64,000 nucleotides of DNA. Source: Octopus sinensis (taxonomy: Eukaryota). This document shows, piece after piece, positions 50,811 through 63,928 of the stretch. Under the pieces are notes generated by a model. It ran no database searches. It was given only the letters and a program-made list of their open reading frames with translations, and was not told the DNA's origin. Positions within the stretch are counted from its first letter, which is position 1; each line of letters starts with the position of its first letter. Made by a program: the position numbers and the translations under genes. The stretch is taken from the NCBI RefSeq assembly GCF_006345805.1, contig NC_043022.1, positions 19,034,001 to 19,098,000 on the forward strand, read 5' to 3'.

Positions 50811-52213
50811 CGCCATTACCTTCTGTCGGAGTCACGTGGAGCTTAGGTGTTTCCCTCTTAAACACATACATCGTCCGGTCTGAGATTCGAACCCGTGATC
50901 ACTTGACCGCTTGTCCGCTGCTCTAACCACTAGGCCATGTGCCTCCACAAATGAATAAAATATCATTACAAAATTCCGATTTGTTTTGAGTACCCCCTCG
51001 TATATGATGCACAGGAAAGTCAAAAGATTAAGCTATTTCTGAAGGAATAACTAACTAGTCTTATTTAACTGCTATTTAATCTTTTGCCTGTCCAATGCAT
51101 TTTCATAATTTTGTCCTGAAAATCCATGCTTGCTTTCAGATTTTTAGTAAATCCTTCTTTCATACGTTCTGAGTATCAAAAATGCTTTCCTTTCATAACT
51201 TCCTAGTTAGCTTTGGTGTTTGAAAAAAATGGCTATGTGTATCATATATGATGTATGGACATCAGAGAAATACGACCTGTGCATCACATGTGATTGGCAG
51301 GAGAGTTAAAGAATTAAATTTTTACAGAATCGTGTTGATTTAAAAGAAAACCCACTGAGAATTCTTTAATTACGATTTTTAATTTCCTCGCTTCCTTTGT
51401 TAATTGTTACCAAAATATGAATTTTAATAAAATTGTGACGTTAAATTTGTCTTTACGCCTCGGTCGTTTTTTCTGTTAGAGGCTTACATTTAAGTACCAT
51501 CAAAATAAAAAAAATCAACATCATCGTCATCATCATCATCATTGACGTCTTCAACATCATCACAATCATTGCCATCATCCCCATTGTCAACATCAACACC
51601 ACCACCATACCATTGTCATCGTCATCATCGGCATTATCATTGTCGTCATCGTCGTCGTCGTCGTTGTCGTTGTCGTCGCCGTCGTCAACATTGTCATCAT
51701 ATTTTAGAAATTTTCAAAGTGAAATTATGGATATGTGCCCTTCTTTTCGAATAGGTCAAACGGTATGCATTGATCCTGAAGGATTGCTTGGAGACGCATC
51801 ATATTTTGCAGAAATCTGCCACATAATTGTGTCTCTACAGCTTCAACCTATTAGTAGCTTCTTTTTCAGCCCTCTGCATTTTAGAAATGCCGCCAAACAT
51901 TTTTCCGGTGTGCTAACTAGTCTGCCAACTCGCCGCATTAATGACACAATATCGTATAGTAAACAACAGTGTGATTGTAAATTTAATGTGACAGTAAATA
52001 ACAATAAAATTACTGAACTTGAAATAATGGTTACTATACATAATCGTAAGCATGTGAAAAGACAATAGCTATAAAAACTGTCGGTATTTTAATGCTTGTT
52101 GCTATTAGAATGTTTGAACATTTCTCTATAACAAAGCAAAATTTATTATAGAATTTATTACGGAATAAAGTTCTTTGTTACATGTTCGTAATACACCATA
52201 TATCAGTTTTGTT

Positions 52214-52718
52214 GTGGAGGCGCAATGGCCCAGTGGTTAGGGCAGCGGATCGCGCTCGTAGGATCGCGGTTTTGATTCCCAGACCGGGCATTGTGAGTGT
52301 TTATTGAGCGAAAACACCTAAAGCTCCACGAGGTTCTGGCAGGGGGTGGTGGTGAACCCTGCTGTACTCTTTCACCACAACTGTCTCTCACTCTTTCTTC
52401 CTGTTTCTGTTGTACCTGTATATCAAAGGGCCAACCTTGTCACACTCTGTGTCACGCTGAACTCAATCTGTTTCTTAAACGAGGGACATATTCATACGGC
52501 ACAGAATGTTTTTTTTACCTCAATAGACGTCAGTAATTGGTTGAAATTTCAGAAATTGAAGCAAAAAAACAACAAATATCTTACAAACCATAGAATTTTC
52601 TCAATAGAGCCAAGAGAAAAAGATGTTTTATAAACACATTCTACCAGTATACGAAGTTTAAAATTTTTTAGTTACCTAGAAATTATGTTAAAAACTGCCG
52701 TTCAAACCGAAAAGATCC
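52214..52718 (+). mobile_element. SINE S3 (52214-52464) fused to the right half of MITE-A (52465-52718)
   Basis: S3 body switches into CAATCTGTTTCTTAAACGAGGG and ends at TIR ..AAAAGATCC. Confidence 0.8.
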
Positions 52719-53113
52719 TTAATTTTCTTCTTTGTCGCACTTTTCGGTACAGTTTATTGAGAATATATCCTGCTACAGCACAGTAGAAACAATCAGTTTG
52801 AATCGGGGTGAAGATAAGACGTTTTATCTCGCACCTGCCAAAATTTCATTACACCTTAATTTTCTCGAACCTTATTTATTTAATTATTTCTCATACGCAA
52901 TTAATTATCTAAATAGTACTTAATGACTTATTTTTAAAATAGGTAGAAATGAGCAAATATATTTTATCAGTTTAAGATTAACTCGTTAACCCAAATTTTT
53001 AATTTAACAAATTTTTACCAAATGTTTTATGATTTTAAGCGTAAATTCAATGTGTTATATATGCAACACTGATTCTTATATATTTATATATTTTATATGA
53101 TGTTTATAGATTT

Positions 53114-53486
53114 GGATTTTTTCGGTTTGAACGGCAGATTTTCTAGCGGTGTCATATGAAATTGTCACCCATAATTATGACCCTAGTATCGATCTATTGC
53201 ATTTCAATCTGTTTTAGGGTTGGGGTTAGGGTTAGGGGTGGGGGGAAGGGTATCTTTTTTCTTCAAAAATGTAAATAAACCCAATCTGTTTCTTAAACGA
53301 GGGACATATTCATACGGCACAGAATATTTTTTACCTCAATGGATGTCATCGATTGGTTGAAATTGCAGAAATTGAAGAAAAAAACAAATATCTTACAAAC
53401 TATAGAATTTTCTCAATAAAGCCAATAGAAAAAGATGTTTTATAAACACATTCTACCAGTATACGAAGTTCAAACCGAAAAGATCC
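53114..53486 (+). mobile_element. MITE-A copy with a deletion next to the right TIR
   Basis: TATACGAAGTT joined to CAAACCGAAAAGATCC (GTT microhomology). Confidence 0.85.
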
Positions 53487-54124
53487 CTCATTTCATCTAC
53501 TTTACCACACTGCGCAAAATGCATAGCGGCATTTCGCCCGTCTCTTCGTTTTGAGTTCAAATTCCGCCAAAGTTAACTTTGCCTTTCATTCTTCCGGGGG
53601 TCGATAAAATAAGTACCTGCTGAATACTGGGGTCGATGTAACCGACTTCTCTCCTCACCCCAAAATTGCTGGCTTTGCACCAAAATTTGAACTCAATACA
53701 CACACACACACACACACACACACGCACGCACGCGCACGCACGCACACACACATACACGCACGCGCACACATGTGTTTTTGTGTGCTAATGGGAAATTTAC
53801 CTGTAGTTTCTCTACAATCACGAATAATCTGTGAATAGTTTGAACTATTTTCCTGTGGCTTCTACGTTAATTATTCTTTGACGAGTCAAATATATGTTGG
53901 GTGGAGGGGAACACATGACAAAAATTTCTTAATGCCTGTAGAGAAACATCTTATTAACGGCATATCTAAGCCTCAAATTAATCTCTTGTGAATGTATGGA
54001 ATAATGTATGAAGCGGCATGTGTTATTCATATCTTGCAAGTGAATGGCTGGTCTATCTTATCAAATGTTCGTTTGCCTGAAACAGATGTGGAATTTAAAA
54101 GGACACTAGCCATAGATATTCTTT

Positions 54125-54468
54125 TCTACTCTAGGCACAAGGGCCGAAATTTTGGGGAAGAGGGATAGTTGATTAGTTCGATTCCAGTACGCATCTGGTA
54201 CTGAATTTATCGACCCCGAAAGGATGAAAGGCAAAGTTGACCTCGGCGGAATTTGAACTCAGAAATTAAAGACAGACAAAATATTAATTTCGTTATTACC
54301 CACAGGGGGCTAAACACAGAGGAGACAAACAAGGACAGACGGATGGATTAAGTCGATTAGATTGACCCCAGTACGCAACTGGTACTTAATTTATCGACCC
54401 CGAAAGGATGAAAGGCAAAGTTGACTTCGGCGGAATTTGAACTCAGAAAGTAAAGACAGACGAAGTAC
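54125..54468 (-). mobile_element. Two headless SINE S2 units
   Basis: Tandem units with junctions at about 54285 and 54468. Confidence 0.8.
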
Positions 54469-55990
54469 CAATTTCGTTATTACCCACAGGGGGCTACACA
54501 AAGAATGGGAAAAAACAACTGATTGGGGTCAGTAACACGTTATGATATTACATAAATATGAAAATAAAATTACATAGCATATATGGCGATCCTTCGGTAT
54601 AGGTACCGTAAGTACCGGAAGTGGCTTTGTTTACATTTCTGAAGATAACAGAAACCCTTTTCTCCCACCCCTAACCCTATCCCTATCCCTATCCGTCCCC
54701 CCCCATATATATAAAAAAAACACTTTCTTGAAATGTATCCGGTACTTCCGGTACCTATACCGAAGTTACGCCGAATATATAAGAATCAAATGAAACACAC
54801 AATACAAATATGACACAAATGTAGTGATGATCAGGCCACGCTCCGACCCCATAAGCCCCAATGTATCACTGGTACTTCTTTCATATCTTGTTTTTCTTCT
54901 ATAGCCTATTCACTTGGCTCCTTGCACGCACAGAACTCGTGCAACATGCTTCCATCTTTTTTTAACTCGTGGCCGGAGATAAAGTTACCCATCTTAATCC
55001 CTTTTATCCTAGTCTTCCATACCGCTTCTTTAGCTATTGCTACAACAGTGAGAAAACAATTCTTACTTTCATTTGTTAAAAATTCCGGTGGGTCAATTTT
55101 TATAATTGACCCAGTCGATAGCTGTACTCTTCCTTCGTCGGACAACAGGTGTTCAGCATAAAACCACATTTCAGATATCTCCGGGCACTGGACAATAGCG
55201 TGAGGGACGGTTTCCCTATCCCCACCCGCATCTTGGACAGGTCAGAGAGTGAGACTTTCCATGTCTTGAGAGTTTATCCCAAACGGGCAAGGCACCTCTG
55301 TAACATTGCCAGGTCAAGGACTTTTGGAAATTGTCCAACGTTCTCAACCCGAATGTACGGTGGAACAGGCTGTCGAGTTGAATATACCCGAGAATTAGAG
55401 TCGCTCCTAGGCCATCATCGCATTCAGACTCTACCAAACCACTATATAAAAAACGTGTGGAACCCCCACCGCTGGCGTTGCGCGAGTGCCGGAATAGCAG
55501 GAGGACCTTACGACACTCCATATGCTACTTACTCGACCTCGGTCTACGAGAACACCAGGCTTCCTGTTCGCAAAAACTTTTGAACTCGGGGAACATTTGT
55601 CTGGCCAGCGGAGACCACACCCGTTCACCATCCAGAAGAATCCAGACATGCCTCAACCTCCACACATACCTGCGCATCATTAACCAAGGCATCCCTAAAC
55701 ATCCCTTTAACAGCTCCTGACAACAAATAGAGCGTTTCACAAAAAGCGAAAGAGCTGCCTCTCCAACCTGATCACCCACGAATCCAAACAGGGCACGACG
55801 GTCAGGCGGTAGATAATGACCAATGCGATGAACACATTGGACACCTCTGCCATCCCTTTCAGGTATATCCACCGCCAAGACCAGATCTTGATTATTGTAG
55901 CCACCCTGCTCGAAACCTCCGTCCAGTTCTTCTGTATCTGGAAGCCTGGCCCAAACCAGACTCCCAGCAATTTAACCGGTCACTGGACAC
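54469..55990 (-). pseudogene. 5'-truncated Tx1 LINE (ORF2 C-terminal part, 3' UTR, putative tail)
   Basis: LGVWFGP..IYRLTVVP, LGMPWLMMRR, TCPRCG; homologous to 58470-59480; stop at 54906. Confidence 0.8.
54585..54772. mobile_element. MITE family B (188 bp) inserted in the Tx1 3' UTR
   Basis: TIR GGCG....TTCGGTATAGGTACCG.AAGTACCGGA; flanks GCATATAT / GAATATAT. Confidence 0.85.
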
Positions 55991-56045
55991 TTAGTTATGC
56001 ACTTACTTGTTTTCCTAATTATTATTATTATTATTATTATTATTA

Positions 56046-56538
<493 letters not shown>

Positions 56539-56806
56539 GCAAGTAAAAGAGTATATATATATATTGAGAAAAAAGTCGTCAGAATTTTGGAAGAAATCCT
56601 TTTATTTCTTTATTATTAGCGCTTTCGTTCGTCTCTAGAACTTGTCAAATACAATTTTGTGAATGTACAAATAGCTTGTTCATTTATATAAAACAGATGT
56701 TTTTTTTGTAGTGGTGGTGGGGGTTGTTTAGAAGAGAACATTGATTTTGTTTCTTGGGGTGAGGTTCCAAGGCAATGGAGATGGATAGATAGAAATATAT
56801 GTAGGT

Positions 56807-57791
56807 AGATAGGCTGGATGGATGGATAGGCTGGATGGATAGGCTGGATGGATGGATAGGCTGGATGGATGGATGGGCTGGATGGATGGATGGATGGGCT
56901 GGATGGATGGATGGATGGGCTGGATGGATGGATGGATGGATGGATGGATGGATGGATGGATGGATGGGCTGGATGGATGGATGGGCTGGATGGATGGATG
57001 GATGAATGGATGGATGGATGGATGGCTGGATGGATGGATGGATGGCTGGATGGATGGATGGATAGGCTGGATGGATGGATGGATGGATGGATAGGCTGGA
57101 TGGATGGATGGATAGGCTGGCTGGATGGATAGGCTGGATGGATGGATGGATAGGCTGGATGGATGGATGGATAGGCTGGATGGATGGATGGATAGGCTGG
57201 ATGGATAGGCTGGATGGATGGATGGATAGGCTGGATGGATGGATGGATAGGCTGGATGGATGGATGGATAGGCTGGATGGATGGATGGATAGGCTGGATG
57301 GATGGATAGGCTGGATGGATGGATGGATAGGCTGGATGGATGGATGGATAGGCTGGATGGATGGATGGATAGGCTGGATGGATGGATGGATAGGCTGGAT
57401 GGATGGATGGATAGGCTGGATGGATGGATGGATAGGATGGATGGATGGATGGATAGGATGGATGGCTGGATGGATAGGATGGATGGCTGGATGGATAGGA
57501 TGGATGGCTGGATGGATAGGATGGATGGCTGGATGGATAGGATGGATAGGATGGATGGCTGGATGGATAGGATGGATGGCTGGATGGATAGGATGGATGG
57601 CTGGATGGATAGGATGGATGGCTGGATGGATAGGATGGATGGCTGGATGGATAGGATGGATGGCTGGATGGATAGGATGGATGGATGGATAGGTGGATGG
57701 TCTGGATGATAGGATGGATGGCTGGATGGATAGGATGGATGGATGGATGGATGGATGGATGGATGGATGGATGGATGGATGGATGGATGGA

Positions 57792-57822
<31 letters not shown>

Positions 57823-57946
57823 ATGGATGGATGGATGGATGGATGGATGGCTGGATGGATGGCTGGATGGATGGCTGGATGGATGGCTGGATGGCTGGAT
57901 GGATGGATGGATGGATGGAGGATGGATGGATGGATGGATGGATAGA
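56807..57946. repeat. About 1.1-kb (GGAT)n microsatellite with higher-order variant blocks
   Basis: Blocks of 13-mer and 17-mer units built from GGAT, GGCT and AGGCT; the long ORFs here are artefacts. Confidence 0.95.
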
Positions 57947-58319
57947 TATGTTTCTTTATTAGCCACACAGGGCTGCACACAGATAGAACAAATTACAAGG
58001 TAGAGCTTTTCTTTTGGGGGTAAAAAAAAAGAGAGTGGTAGTTTTTGATCAAAAGGGATCGTAAAAGGAAAGAAAAAGGACAAAAAAAAGGGGGGGGAGA
58101 AAAAAATGAATAATAGGGATCGTTATCACAGAAATGTCAATATGAAGTGTAAAGGGGAGGATAGGTGAGGTTTACCCGTGGAAAGAAAAGCCTACGGAAA
58201 AGACCACGGTAACCTCGGTCAATGAAGTCACATGTTATATTTCTTTTTTTTTTTTTTTTGCAAATAAGCAACTCTCTGTATTAATTTTTATGGTTCATAG
58301 AATCATAGTCAAGGTGGCT

Positions 58320-61300
58320 TCGTCATTCATACGTGCCATCCTTGCTACATTCACCCATCTTTTTTTAAAACATTCACTAGACAAAACTTGCCTCTCTACT
58401 CTCACTTTCCTCTTCAAGTGATACTTGAAGAAGTTGATGAGAGATTGACCAGAGAGGAAAGTGTTGTCTCTATCCTTTCAGGCGCGTCCACCAGATACAT
58501 TCTTTCGCCATAGCCACAAGTATGATAAAAATAGCTCTTCCTTCCCGTTTGAAGGAAGGAGGTGTGACGATATTAACGATAGACTCGGCTGATAAACCGA
58601 CACGTCCCACACGTGACAGCAGTCGTTCGACATAAGCCCACAGGTCGGAAATTGCTGGACACTGCACGATTGCGTGCAGAGCGGTTTCGTCGCTCTGCCC
58701 GCATCTCGGGCAGGTCGGCCCCGTGTTTCTCGAGCCATGCCTATAGAGCTTATCCCGAACGGGTAGCGCTTCTCGGTAGCACCGCCAGGCCAGGGATCTC
58801 TGGAAGTTGTCCATAGGTCCCGGCCCGAAAGTCGTTTCAAACAGGCGGGTCAGGTATTCCTCGTCGACGCCCAGGTTTGCCCCGAGCTCGTCGTCGTACC
58901 TCCCCTCCACTAATCCCCTATAGAATGCTTTGGTTGTGTTGAAGTCACTCATGGTCGACTCGGGACGGCAGAGTTGCTTGAGAGCAACGCGACACTCGCG
59001 GTGCCATTCGCCCTTCCTCGGCCTCTTTTTGATCCACGACTGCAGTTCGGTCATGGAGACGAGTTGCGGGAATGCGTGCCTCACAAACGGCGACCAACAC
59101 CTGTTCACCGTCGTCTACATAGAGCCGGAGATGTCGCAGTCTCAGCGCGTGTCTGCGCATCATCAACCACGGCATGCCCAGCCCTCCTTTTAACGGGTGT
59201 TGACAGCAAATGGATCGCCTGACCATCGGGACGCATCCTTTCCACAAGAAGCGGAAGAGAATGCGTTCTAGTTTGGTGATGGTAGGGTCGGGACAAGGTA
59301 CGACGGTCAGGCGGTAGTAGATGATGGACGCGATGTACGCGTTCACCACCTCCGCCCGACCTTTTAGGGACAGTTTCCTCTCGGCCCATTGCTGGGCGAG
59401 AGTGACCACCCTACTCGTTATCTCGTTCCAGTTCTTCTCCATTTGGAGGTCTGGACCGAACCAGACCACGAGCAACTCAACCGGGCCGTCTGTCCAGCGT
59501 CCCACGACGGAGGTACTGGTGGACGGCATGGGCTTGCTTCTCCAGGTGCCGAGCCGCAAACCCACTGACTTTTCCCGGTTGATTTTTGCTCCTGTCACCG
59601 CTTCGTAGTCTTTCAGTGTCTCGCCGACCCGCTCGATGTGCTCGTGGCTTGACACTATGACGGTGACGTCGTCCGCGTATGCAGACACGCTCGTCCCGCA
59701 TCCCAATTCTCGCGGGATGCCCCTTAGAGTCGCCAGCTTCCGCAGTAGTGGCTCAAGAGTCAATACGTATAGAAGCGCCGAGAGGGGGCATCCCTGACGG
59801 ACCGAACGTGCAATGTCGAAAGGTCTCGATAGATGTCCATTTACGCGAATTACCGAACGGATGCCTCTGTACAAGGCAGCTATCCAGCCGCGGAAGGCGG
59901 GACCGAAACCAGCCGCTCTCAGGACTGTCTCCAAGTATCGATGGTCTACCCTATCAAAGGCTTTCGATTGATCCAAGTTGATCAGGGCCCCACCCATGCC
60001 AGGTTCGTTAACTACCCTGTCTATGATGTAGCGCATCAGATGGAGGTTGTCATGGATGCTCTGGCCCGGCACGGCGCACGTTTGTGCGTTGTCGACCAGT
60101 TTCTCGATGACAAGCGCCAACCTCTTGGCTAACACCTTTGTCAAAATTTTCAGGTCTGCATTGAGCAGCGTGATTGGTCTAAAATATCTATAATGTTTCC
60201 CTTGTTTGGATCTTTCTTCAGCAGAGTTACAGCTCCTCGACTCACAAAACCGGTATGCTCCCGTTTTGCTGCCAGTTGCAGTATACCGCTGCCAAGACGT
60301 CTCCAAACAAGTCTGGCATACAATTGTAAAACTCGTAGGGTAGACCATCCAAACCCGGTGATTTGTCCCTCGAGCATTCTGCTATCGCTTCCTGCACTTC
60401 CGCCGCCGTGATGGCACCTTCGCAGCACCCTGCCTTTCTTGTCGAGAGTCGTGGCAGGCTATGTAGGTAGGCACTGAAGTCCACCCTACGTTCTTGCCCT
60501 CCACTCGTCCCGAACAGTCGGGCAAAATGCTGCTGAAAGGCCTCACACATTTTACTTGGCTCGAGCAATTCGCGCCCCTGCTCATCTACCAGTGACCGAA
60601 TGGTGGCTTTGTTGCCCTGTTGCGCCTCTGCCACCCGGGCCTCTCTCGCGGCTCCAACACCTTCGTTCCTTAGAGCACGCATCCTAGCTCTGACAGCACA
60701 TCCTTCGTGTTTGGCATTGAAGTGTTGGTCGAGGGCCAACCTCGCCGCCAAAACGTCGGATGCGATGTCGCTTCTAATTGCCTCTTCTAGCTTCTTAACT
60801 AGCTCACCCTCTACTCTATTTCTATCTATGGCTAGTGCTTTGCTGTACCTAATCGCTTCTGCTTTTACTGCTCTCTTGAGGGCAAACCACCATTTGTTGT
60901 TGATGATGGCTCCCGTCAAAGCCCTCTTTACTAGTGTGCTAATCCGGTCTCTGAAAACTTGTGGACGGGAAGAATGATGCGTTCAGTTTCCAGTACCCAG
61001 GACCCTGTCTATGTGCCTTATCTAAGTCTAGCGTACACGTCACCAATTTGTGATCCGTGTAGCTGACTGTGTGGAATTGTGGACATCCTAAGTTATCCTT
61101 GTCTACTGTCCTACACAGTATCCTATCTAGATACGATCTCGACGACCCACTGCGGTTGCTCCATGTCCACGTTGGTGCATTTGGGTGGTCGAGTCGGTAC
61201 CTGTCAGACAGTTGGAATCGTCTGAGCAGGTCTCTGAGGCATTTGCATCCCCTTCTGTTCTGTCTCTACCCACGTAGTCTACATGCGTGTCCAAGGTAGC

Positions 61301-61717
61301 ATTCCAATCCCCCACTAAGAGTAAAGGACGAGACGTTCCCAAGAATACTTCTAGACGTCGAAAGAAATCCGCCCGACCTGTTAAGGGCGGTGCGTAGACT
61401 GATACGAGTCGAAAAGCGCACCCATTGCTGCCGTCAACATCCAGAACGATCAGTCTACCCTCCGGGTCTACGAATATCGTCTTGACTTCGAGATCCAGGC
61501 TCTTGTGAAAAAGTACCGCGGTGCCACTACCGCCCATCCTCGGCAGACAGGGAGCGAAATAAATGTTAAACATGGACTTTAGGGCCCGTGGCTCGTGGAG
61601 TCTGGTCTCACTTATGGCTATGATTCCCAAATCACGTGACTTGATGTCATTTAGGAGGTATCCTTGTTTCCAAGGAGACCCCAAGCCACGCGCATTCACA
61701 CAACCAATCTTGACCAT
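58320..61717 (-). pseudogene. Tx1 ORF2 (APE endonuclease, RT, zinc-finger C-terminus) broken by several frameshifts
   Basis: CVNARGL, ISETR, SVYAP, VGDWNA; RPITLLNADLKI, DQSKAFDRV, RQGCPLS, YADD; CPRCGQSDETALHAIVQC. Confidence 0.9.
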
Positions 61718-61759
61718 GATTCTATTGGGGTGTGTGCTTTAAAACACACAAATGAAAGT

Positions 61760-63484
61760 ACAGAGAGTTACTTACTTGTGTCGAAAGTTTTGGCTTCCTC
61801 GTTCTTTGATGTGTCTTCGAGGAGGTTTTTATATAGTTTTTGGGACAGATACTTCTGGAAACCCCCTACAGCATTTGGAAGAGGGCTTTGATTTGTGGTG
61901 TTGTGTTTGTGTGATGTGTAGTATTTTGATGTGTTTGGGTGGTGTAGTGCGTGGATGATTGCTATTTTTAAAGTCATCTTCACAAATGTTTGTGTATCCA
62001 GTGATGTACTCCATTAGTTTGGAGTCTTTGGTGTCTATCGCTGATAGCATTGTTTTTGTGGTGTTGGTGCTTGTTTTGTTGTGTGTGGAGTTTTCAGGGT
62101 TCAGGTATCTCCCTGCTTTGGTTGCGATTCTTGTTTGGTTTTTCTTGATCTTTTTCTTTTACAACCCCCTGTGGCTATTTGCCATTCTGTCGAACTTTCA
62201 TCGTTAGATGAAAAGTCTGACGAATCAGCAGGGGGCAAGGGTAAAGCGTCTGGGTGTGTTTGTGCGGTTGTAGATATTGTTGTGGTGCGCGGGGAGGGTG
62301 TTGCTGGGGGGTTTGTTGTGGTTATTGTCTCTCCTACATCCTTGGTGCTTGTCTTCTTCGTTGTTATTCTTGGTGTTGGAATTGGTTTATTTGTTGTGGT
62401 GGTGATGATTCTGTTCTTCGCGCTGGTGTTGGTTTGTTTGGTTGGGTTGGCTTGTTCTTTGTTGTTTTTCCTGCATTTCCGCATACAGCTTCTTGACTAG
62501 CTGTCCATATTGTGGTGTGGGCAATAATGCTGGCTTTTGTGATTTTTCCTGTGGCTGTTGTTGTTGTTGTAATTTTGCGGCAGATTTGCACTCCTTTTTG
62601 AGGTGTGCCTCACTGCAACATGTACAGCATCGTGGCCTTCTGCCCTCGACTACTACGTATAACTTGCGGCCATCCTCAAGATGCACGTGGGTGGGGATTT
62701 TATTTATGTCCTCTTGACTTATGTGGAAGAGGAACTCTATTCTCTTTCCCAGCCAGTCCTTGTTTTCCGAAACACCGATATCTAGGATGTTTAAGTCCTC
62801 CATTTCGGATGTTAAGGCGGATGTTATCCACAGTGTTGTAGTCACTTGGGGGACACCACTGATAATGACCTTCGTCACCTTCTGGCCGAGGTAACTCGGT
62901 GTCATCGTTAGTTCATCAGAATGAAGGGTTATCGTTGAGAATTTCTTCGCCAACTCTTCATTCTGAAAAACCACCTGTACGTGTGCGAACTTGTTCGCCC
63001 AAGTCACAACAATCCTTGTATCCCCAAGTCACACAATCCTGTCTGTGCTTGCCTTTTCTGGACTTTTAGTTTTTTTATTTGTGATTTTATATACAATTGT
63101 CTTTTTTTTCTCCTCTTTCAGTATGTGTTGAGGTATGTGTAAGAGTATTTTTCCGTTTTCATTTGTAATAAGGTTTCTGCAAACTTTAATCTGTTGTGTA
63201 GTAAACGAAACTTTTGTTACCTTTTCTTTTATCGCCTCGGCGAAGTTTGTTGTTGTTTTGTTATTGTTGTTACTGCCGGTGGTGTTGGTGTTGATGGCAG
63301 GGGTGTGGGTTGTAGGTTTGTGGTTGCTGATTATGCAACTAGCAAGGGGTGGAAAATTGCCTGCGTAATTTAGTCCTGCATTAGCGCAAATTTCGACATT
63401 TCGTTTGCTTGTCGTCGTTATTTTTTCACTTGGTGATGGAGTGAGCAGTGTTGAAGGGAATTGTTGTTGTCGTCGTCGTCGTCG

Positions 63485-63567
<83 letters not shown>

Positions 63568-63928
63568 ATTGTCGTTCTTGGTGACGGCGGTGGTGTTAGT
63601 GGTGTTAGTAGCATTGACGGCACGGTCTTTGGTGGCGGTGATGGTGATGTTGGTATTGTTATTGGTGGCGATGTCTTTAGTAGGGATAGCAGTTTTAGTA
63701 GCAGATTCTGCCATGGTGTTGTTGTCGGTGTTGGTGGTGGTGGACTCACTGATGGTGTTGACGGTGCTTGGCCTTGCGACCTTTGTTTTGTATTTGTTGT
63801 TGTTGTCGATGTTGATGGTGGTGGAGGTGGTGTTGTCAGGTTCAGCGTATGCTAACAGAGCATCCTGTTTTTTCTGTCTCTGCGTCACGCTTGACTTGCA
63901 CCTCAGCCTCGTGGTGACCAGTGGCCAT
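61760..63928 (-). pseudogene. Tx1 ORF1 (zinc knuckle, long Thr/Asn-rich low-complexity regions), disrupted
   Basis: VEGRRPRCCTCCSEAHLKKEC; (AAC)n tract at 63465-63570; duplication at 62998-63040. Confidence 0.7.

Noticed and set aside
56616-58083. 450-aa ORFs (HPSI/PSIH-rich)
   Set aside because: Translations of the GGAT microsatellite.
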